Origin: Eledone cirrhosa
Lineage: Eukaryota
Assembly: GCA_964016885.1 (NCBI GenBank)
Contig: OZ024741.1
Span: forward strand, 317,254,001-317,318,000
Reading direction: 5' to 3'
DNA length: 64,000 nucleotides
Shown here: positions 57,493 to 64,000 of the stretch, one piece after another
Layout: each line of letters begins with the position of its first letter
How positions within the stretch are numbered: the stretch's first letter is position 1
Translations under genes and position numbers: made by a program
The notes under the pieces: generated by a model
Databases searched by the model: none
Seen by the model: the letters and a program-made list of their open reading frames with translations, nothing else
What the model was told of the DNA's origin: nothing

Positions 57493-57500
<8 letters not shown>
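57025..57500 (+). mobile_element. ~325-nt HHR-bearing element (family R3) with terminal redundancy and an inverted 5' segment, within (TA)n
   Basis: 57025-57146 is the reverse complement of ~57345-57465; 57147-57178 is repeated directly at ~57468-57499. Confidence 0.8.
57288..57332 (+). ncRNA. Type I HHR, U3-A8 covariant core
   Basis: agcu-UUGAUAA-guac caaaau guac-GAAA-cagagcucug-UC-agcu, with stem I extended by auuuucagcagacagg/ccuguuugcugaaaau. Confidence 0.78.
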
Positions 57501-57532
<32 letters not shown>

Positions 57533-57661
57533 ATTTTGACATAACCAAGAAAAATACCTTAACGGTTCAAGTTTTTCTTGTCGAGTGCTCTGAATCAGTT
57601 ATATATATATATATACATGTATATATATATAATACATATATATATATACATATATCTATAC

Positions 57662-57701
<40 letters not shown>

Positions 57702-58363
57702 GTGAGGTTTTTTTTACAAAATGAAAAATAACCGAGGTGTCCTACACGAGTGAAAGTATAAAGAAAAAGAGATGAAATCGAAAATGTAACTGGAGTCTTA
57801 TTTTTTTTTTAAATATATATATTTATTTGGTTCATTTACCGGTTTCGCAGTTCTTCTGCTTTTCAAAAGGTGAGTTGAGATGGAGGGTCTGCGGTTTTTC
57901 TCACATCTGGTTGGTCTCTGAATGTTACTTGTTTTATATGGAAAAAGTGGCTCGAAATGCCAGGTTTTTCGAGAAGTAATTTAATTGGTTTGTCAATAAT
58001 TATAATAAATTTCGCGCCAGTTCGCGTTACAATAGTTCTTCAAATAAGAGGGGGGGGTTGTCACAGGTTGTTTTTTCATATATGAGTGTTTGAATTTCTT
58101 TTTACTTGAAAAAAGGGGCTCACGAAGGCTTTTTTTTGGTTGTTTATATGGCTGTCACGTGAACGAGTTTTCATTAAATTTTCGTGCCCTTATTTGGAAA
58201 TCCATTCTGTAGCCTTTTTTAGAGAATTTTATAAGTGAATGGTCAAGAGAAAGGGATGGGAGAATTGTTCTGGTTCAGTGAATATGGTTAGTTCGCTGGG
58301 GTGTCAGAATTCAGATTTTCTATTGAATAAAGAAAGTAAAGATATGTATGTTTATTTGTGTGC

Positions 58364-58495
<132 letters not shown>

Positions 58496-58962
58496 TGGAA
58501 GATGATTCTATTAGTAGAAATGGGGGAGGGAGTTGTGTGTGTGTATATGGGTGTTATGTGTGTGTGTGCGAGTATGTTAAGATGGAGAGAATATATATTT
58601 TGTGTGTGTGTATATATGTGTGTAGGAAAGTGGTTCTATTAGTAGAAATGGGGGAGGGAGTTGTAGGTGTGGGGGTTGTTATGTGTGTGTATGGGTGTTA
58701 TGTGTGTGGGAGTATGGTTAGCATGTTAAGATGAAGAGAATATATATATATATATTGTGTGTGTGTGTGTGTGTAGGAAAATGATTCCTTTAGTAGGAAT
58801 ATTTTTGAATGAACATATTTTCCTTACTTATTCGTATTTGTTCTGTTGTATTGTCAGTGCAAACGTATGTTAAGGTTTATTTAGTTCAGGTTTTTGTTTT
58901 CTAAAGTAGAAGGTGTTATGTGTGTGTGTGTATGTCATATTATGGTGTTGACATAATGTATA

Positions 58963-59400
58963 TTAAACCATATTTAATGCTGGTCTATATTTTTGAATAA
59001 ACATATTTTCCTTATTTATTCGTATTTGTTCTGTTGTATTGTTAGCGCAAAGGTAAAATGGGAAGACTTGGAATTTGGGTGTCTTATTACTTGCGCAAAT
59101 GTCTAGATGTGCACTTAGTGGTATCTGTCTCGTGGTTGGATCTCGTAATTGTTGGCGATGAACTGTCATTCTGTTTCTGAGTGTGAGTTTAGTTTGTCCT
59201 ATATAATCTTCATTGCATCCTTTACATTTAATGGCATAAATTAGATTTTTTGATGAGCAAGTGAAGTGATTTTTTACAGTAAAATTTTGTCCTGATTTAA
59301 ATGTATACGTGTTGCCTTCAATGAGGTGAGTGCAGGTTCCACAATTAGAGCGACCACATTTTTTGATACTTGGTTGTGGGTTTGTGGTAGGTAATTTGGC
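58963..59400 (-). pseudogene. PLE GIY-YIG endonuclease domain (C-terminal part of the PLE ORF)
   Basis: Manual translation: KKCGRSNCGTCTHL...HFTCSSKNLIYAIKCKGCNEDYIGQTKLTLRNRMTVHRQQ...KENMFIQKYRPALN. Confidence 0.9.
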
Positions 59401-59663
59401 ATTGGTGAGTAATGTTTTCAGTGATTTTGGTTGTCTTTTGCTTTTGATTATTTTGAACCTGTGATAAACCCCCCCCCCCTCCCCCTCTTATTTGAAGAAC
59501 TATTGTAACGCGAACTAGCGCGAAATTTATTATAATTATTGACAAACCAATCAAATTACTTCTCGAAAAACCTGGCATTTCGAGCCACTTTTTCCATATA
59601 AAACAAGTACATTCAGAGACCAACCAGATGTGAGAAAAACCACAGACCCTCCATCTCAACTCA

Positions 59664-59701
59664 CCTTTTGAAAAGCAGAAGAACTGCGAAACCGGTAAAG
59701 G
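59664..59701 (+). ncRNA. Minimal type I HHR with U3-A8 core in the pLTR (second copy at 57833-57870, minus strand)
   Basis: ccuu-UUGAAAA-gcag aagaa cugc-GAAA-ccgg-UA-aagg. Confidence 0.78.
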
Positions 59702-59770
59702 AACCAAATAAATATATTTTTTTTTTTTTAAAATAAGACTCCAGTTACATTTTCGATTTCATCTCCTTTT

Positions 59771-59825
<55 letters not shown>

Positions 59826-59828
<3 letters not shown>

Positions 59829-60560
59829 GAGGTATGTCAGAAAAGTTCCAGGACTGATGTCACAAAAGATTTATTTCAAACCCAAACTTCACGCCAAGAG
59901 TTTTCTCCTTCAAAGTAATCCCCCTGGAGTCTAATGCACTTTTCCATCCTTTTCTGTCACGCTTGCATGCACTCCTGAAAGGATTCTTCCGGGATCCTCC
60001 GCAGTTCCGTCGTCACGGCCTTTTTGATGTCGTCCACGTCTTCAAAACGGGTCCTCCTCCGGGTCATACTCGAAGATTCATGACTCATCACAGGTGATGA
60101 CTGTCCCAAGCAAGTCTGCTTCGGTTTCAAGACGCTCAAGGATGTCCTGGCACACTTGCATGCGTCGACCCTTCTGGTCATCGTTCAGCAGTTTTGGCAC
60201 CATCTTCGCGTAGACTTTCCGCATGTCCAAATCTTCAGTGAGAATCTTCCAGACACTGTCCCGATTCATGCCCAGCTCATTTACCATCAGTCGAACAGTC
60301 AGCCGACGATCGCTACGCACCATCTGCCTGACGCGCTCAACGTTGACATCAGTCCTGGTTGTTGAGGGCCTTCCGCTCCTGGGGTCATCTTCCACGTCCT
60401 CGCGTTTTTCTTTAAACCTCTTGCACCACTCAAAAACACGTGAGCGTGACATCCTCTCATCTTCATACACTTGCTGCAGCAATCCCAGTGCTTCTGACCA
60501 GAAACTTCAAGTTTGTTCGTTGCTCTGTGCTCATTGCTCTGGTACTGCTAGACTAAAGAA
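59826..60560 (-). mobile_element. Internally deleted mariner (Tc1/mariner) DNA transposon
   Basis: HTH region (VFEWCKRF, DDPRSGRP, DRRLTVR, KMVPKLL) and first catalytic Asp (ITCDES), joined directly to the C-terminus (RFEDVDDIKKAV). Mariner-like terminus TA-CGAGGTATGTCAGAAAAGT sits at a (TA)n tract. Confidence 0.9.
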
Positions 60561-61513
60561 TTTTTTTTTTTGGGGGGGGGGTGATTCTGAATTAATTTTC
60601 CGTATCAAATTCTTCATATACTTCGTACGAGCATTTATGTAGTTTGCACTAGAATTTTTGTATCGTGGCGGCACCCTTAGAGATAGTATTAGTATTCTTT
60701 TTCGGGATTCTGAATTATTATTTCGTATTAGTTTTTTTTTTTTTTTTTTGCACTGGGTGGTTGCTGGCCTTGTGCCTGGGGTAGAAACCTTTATTTCGTA
60801 TTGGTCTCGGGACTCTGAATTATTATTTCGTGGTAGTTTCTTTAGTATTTTGGCCCCCCACTTGTTGACCCGTCACCGTAAGATATACTTGGTTGATTAC
60901 TTATACCTCTTAAAAGGGTCTCATTATAATTCCGTCCCGCCTAGTAAACCTTTCTTTAGTTTAGCAGTACCAGTGAGAGACTTGATAGCTGTCCTTAGGT
61001 TATAGTAACCAGAAATTGTTTTTTACATTTAATTGTTTTTTAACATTCTCGGTATTTTTCTATATATTTACCCCATATTGTTTTACTTATTGTTTCGACT
61101 TCCTCCCCCCCCCCCCCTCCCAGTATACTTCTTTGACCTCCTGCCCAGCTGTAGTTGGCACTATCAACGCACCACTGGGTTTCCTCCACCCCTCTCCCTC
61201 TTTCTTCTACTGGCAGGTTCAGCTACCCCTTCCCCCCACAAATTGCCATGATAGAATTATGTGTCTCAACAACAAACTTTTGACCAATCCTTGTGACAAT
61301 CACTTTTACCATATATGGAATTACCCCCTGAGAAGCTCGGCTATTCATATACCAGGATAAAAATGTTCATTTAGTCCAGAATTAGCCGTCGAAACGGCTT
61401 GAGCTCAGCCGTCGGGGTCCTACTCGTTCCTATTACCCACTCTACTACCCTAAGTATTGAGTACTTTGGTACGTTATGGTCTACCTGGTTCCTTACCATA
61501 TTTCCTTCGTTAT

Positions 61514-61692
61514 GGATTGGCAGTATCGGTAGAGGGTCGGACGCCATGCTTTCCAGCATAGTTATGTCCCTTTACGATCTGAGTTCAAATCCCGCCGAGG
61601 TTGACTTTGCCTTTCATCCTTACGGGGTCGATAAAATAAAGTACCAGTAATGCACTGGGTAATTGCTGGCCTTGTGCCTAAAGTAGAAACAG

Positions 61693-61695
<3 letters not shown>
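61514..61695 (+). mobile_element. S1 SINE copy
   Basis: Consensus match; ends in (TA)n. Confidence 0.88.
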
Positions 61696-61768
<73 letters not shown>

Positions 61769-62589
61769 CTGCAGAAGGTAAGGTGCTTAAGCACTAGTAT
61801 AAGATACTCTCTTAAGTGGGATATTATTAATAATTCTGCAAAACCTTATGAACTAAATACAAACTTTGTCTGACCGAGGCGTTAAAAATAATTACTTTAA
61901 AAATGATCCTTCCCAATTTAAAAAATGTAATAATCCCTCCTTGTCCACACAGAACATTTCATTCTTACTTTTACAAAATCTCTGATCCGGTTTAAGTATA
62001 TGTTTAAACATTTTTAGTAACACTTAGACAATTAGTTATTATATAACATTTATAACTTACCTTTCTGTTAAACTATCTTGTAAAATTCATATAAGTTATC
62101 TCGCTTCTTTGACTACTATGTTTAATGAACGTTAATTTTTTATTCCCACGAACTCATACACACGCACACACACACACAAATGTTCTAAAAATGTTCCTTT
62201 TGCTCTCCTATTTATCATATAATTGTAGCCCCATCTATGTTATATTCTCAGTTTTCCTCTCTTCTGCACCGATATGGTTTAGTCATTGAAATTTCTTAAT
62301 GACTTAACCTTTATTTTAATTATAGATACATTTATTACCGTTTAATGCTTCTATAAATTTTATCGTTCTATTCTAATAATATTTTTATAACTTCACTTAC
62401 TAAATGATAATAGACTTTATAATTTCCCATTTGTATAAATCTAGCTCTATTTTAGTGTATGTTATCCTTCTTCTTTCTACTTGAGTTATTCCTCCATCAA
62501 AAGTGAAGCATTCACAAAGTTCTTGTTCCAGATTTCCAGATTTCTCATCGTAGTAAGAATATCCCGTCCAGTAAGGCCAGTGTCCTTTC

Positions 62590-63290
62590 AAACAGTCCTG
62601 ATGGTTATGTTTGAAGATCCTACTCCGTGTTTTACATCTGGTGACCAGAGAAGCAGTTTCCTTGCAGGTTCATCGGGGCAGGAAACATGACTAGTAAGAG
62701 CCAAGCGACGAGATAGAACTGTCGATGAAACTCGTAGCAGATCACTATAAAAAACCTTTTTGGTAGTGTGACTTGTTGAACACTACACGCGTTGAACACT
62801 ACACTTGTTGGACACTATACGTAACATCTAGGTGCAGGAATCATCAAGTCTCCTTGAGCGAGTGACACTGAGAGTCCGGAGTTCTGAACCATATAGGAAG
62901 ATGGTTTTGATTGTAACTTTGAAAACTTTGAACTCAGATCTTGAGATGGGAGCTTTCTAGATTGTGAATTTATTACACTCCATGCTTGACCAATTCTGGT
63001 GTATTATCATAATCAGAGTTAGTGTAACCACCCAGGTATTTTAATTCTTGAATCAATTCGACGATAGGAGAACCGTCAGAAACATGTAGTGGACTGAGAT
63101 TGGATGGATTCAAATGCATTAATTTAGTTTTTGAAGGATTGAGAAACTAACCCACCTCCTGGCATGCAGTCTCTATATGATGAAGGAGGTCTTGGGCTGG
63201 TATGATGGTATCTTCCTGAAGAGCGATGTCATCTGTATAGTCAAGATCAGGGAGCACAATAGCTTGATGACGGCGATACGACAACTCTTG
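62590..63290 (-). mobile_element. Degraded RTE-like LINE RT fragment
   Basis: PDLDYTDDIALQED motif at ~63215-63255, followed by KYLGGY-like sequence; many stops. Confidence 0.65.
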
Positions 63291-63700
63291 TTGGTTATCC
63301 GTCAGTATCTGTGATGGCAGTGAGAAGGGTGTACTCCAAACATATTAAAAGATTTCGTCCTTTTTTATCTCATCCTTTGTAATGATATATTAGAGTTAGT
63401 AAAATATATATAGTTACTGAACGTAAATATGTTATCATTTATAAATTATAATTGCTATGTTAGGCTGCCATACTTTTAACGTTTTACCTACAATATCTAA
63501 ACATTATAAAATAGAAATAGAAGCTTTCGCCGCATTTTTTACCAAAGAAATTTTATTTTAGAGGGTTCTAAACCTCACTGTCGCGCTAAATTTTCTTTGG
63601 TAAAAAATGCGGCAAAAGCTTCTATTTCTAATTTCAAACTCGCTCACTGTTTCAAAACATTATAATTTAAACATTTACTTTCATTTTCTCGCATTGGGAC

Positions 63701-63775
63701 TTAATTGATTCTGATGCGCTATTCTTGCAACTGTTCCTTCCTGTTAGTCTAGCGAAACGTTCGTAAATCTATTAA
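63701..63775 (+). ncRNA. Hammerhead-like motif, probably mutated (A9C)
   Basis: gauu-CUGAUGC-gcua(long loop)uagc-GAAA-cguucg-UA-aauc; preceded by an inverted repeat (~63508-63555 / ~63588-63635). Confidence 0.55.
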
Positions 63776-63930
63776 CTACTTTAATAATTGTTTCTACTTT
63801 TGGCACAAGGCCATAAATACTTTTATAATAATCCTTGTTTAAACTTTCGTTTTATATATATATACACACCCACACATGTGCATATATATATATATGCACA
63901 TATATATATATATGCACATATATATATATA

Positions 63931-63998
<68 letters not shown>

Positions 63999-64000
63999 TA

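Overview
Repeat-dense, AT- and microsatellite-rich eukaryotic (animal) DNA. The SINE and LINE repertoire suggests a cephalopod such as Octopus (inference). No intact host gene is supported, and most listed ORFs are translated microsatellites. Main content: (1) 1-14.4 kb holds four head-to-tail, minus-strand Tx1-clade (L1-like) retrotransposons, each junction being a (GATA)n/(TATC)n tract, which points to a GATA-microsatellite-targeting LINE. (2) 30-64 kb holds many type I hammerhead ribozymes (HHRs) from several unrelated short elements. The main one is a ~4.9 kb array of ~470-bp units, one HHR per unit, with an inverted 5' block, i.e. retrozyme-like or Penelope-derived. A Neptune-type Penelope remnant with a GIY-YIG endonuclease shows the same layout. 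(3) Also present are R4/Dong-like RLE LINE fragments inside (CATA)n, RTE fragments, an internally deleted mariner, many tRNA-derived SINEs and simple-sequence satellites. Ribozyme folds were read by eye; coordinates may be off by a few bases.
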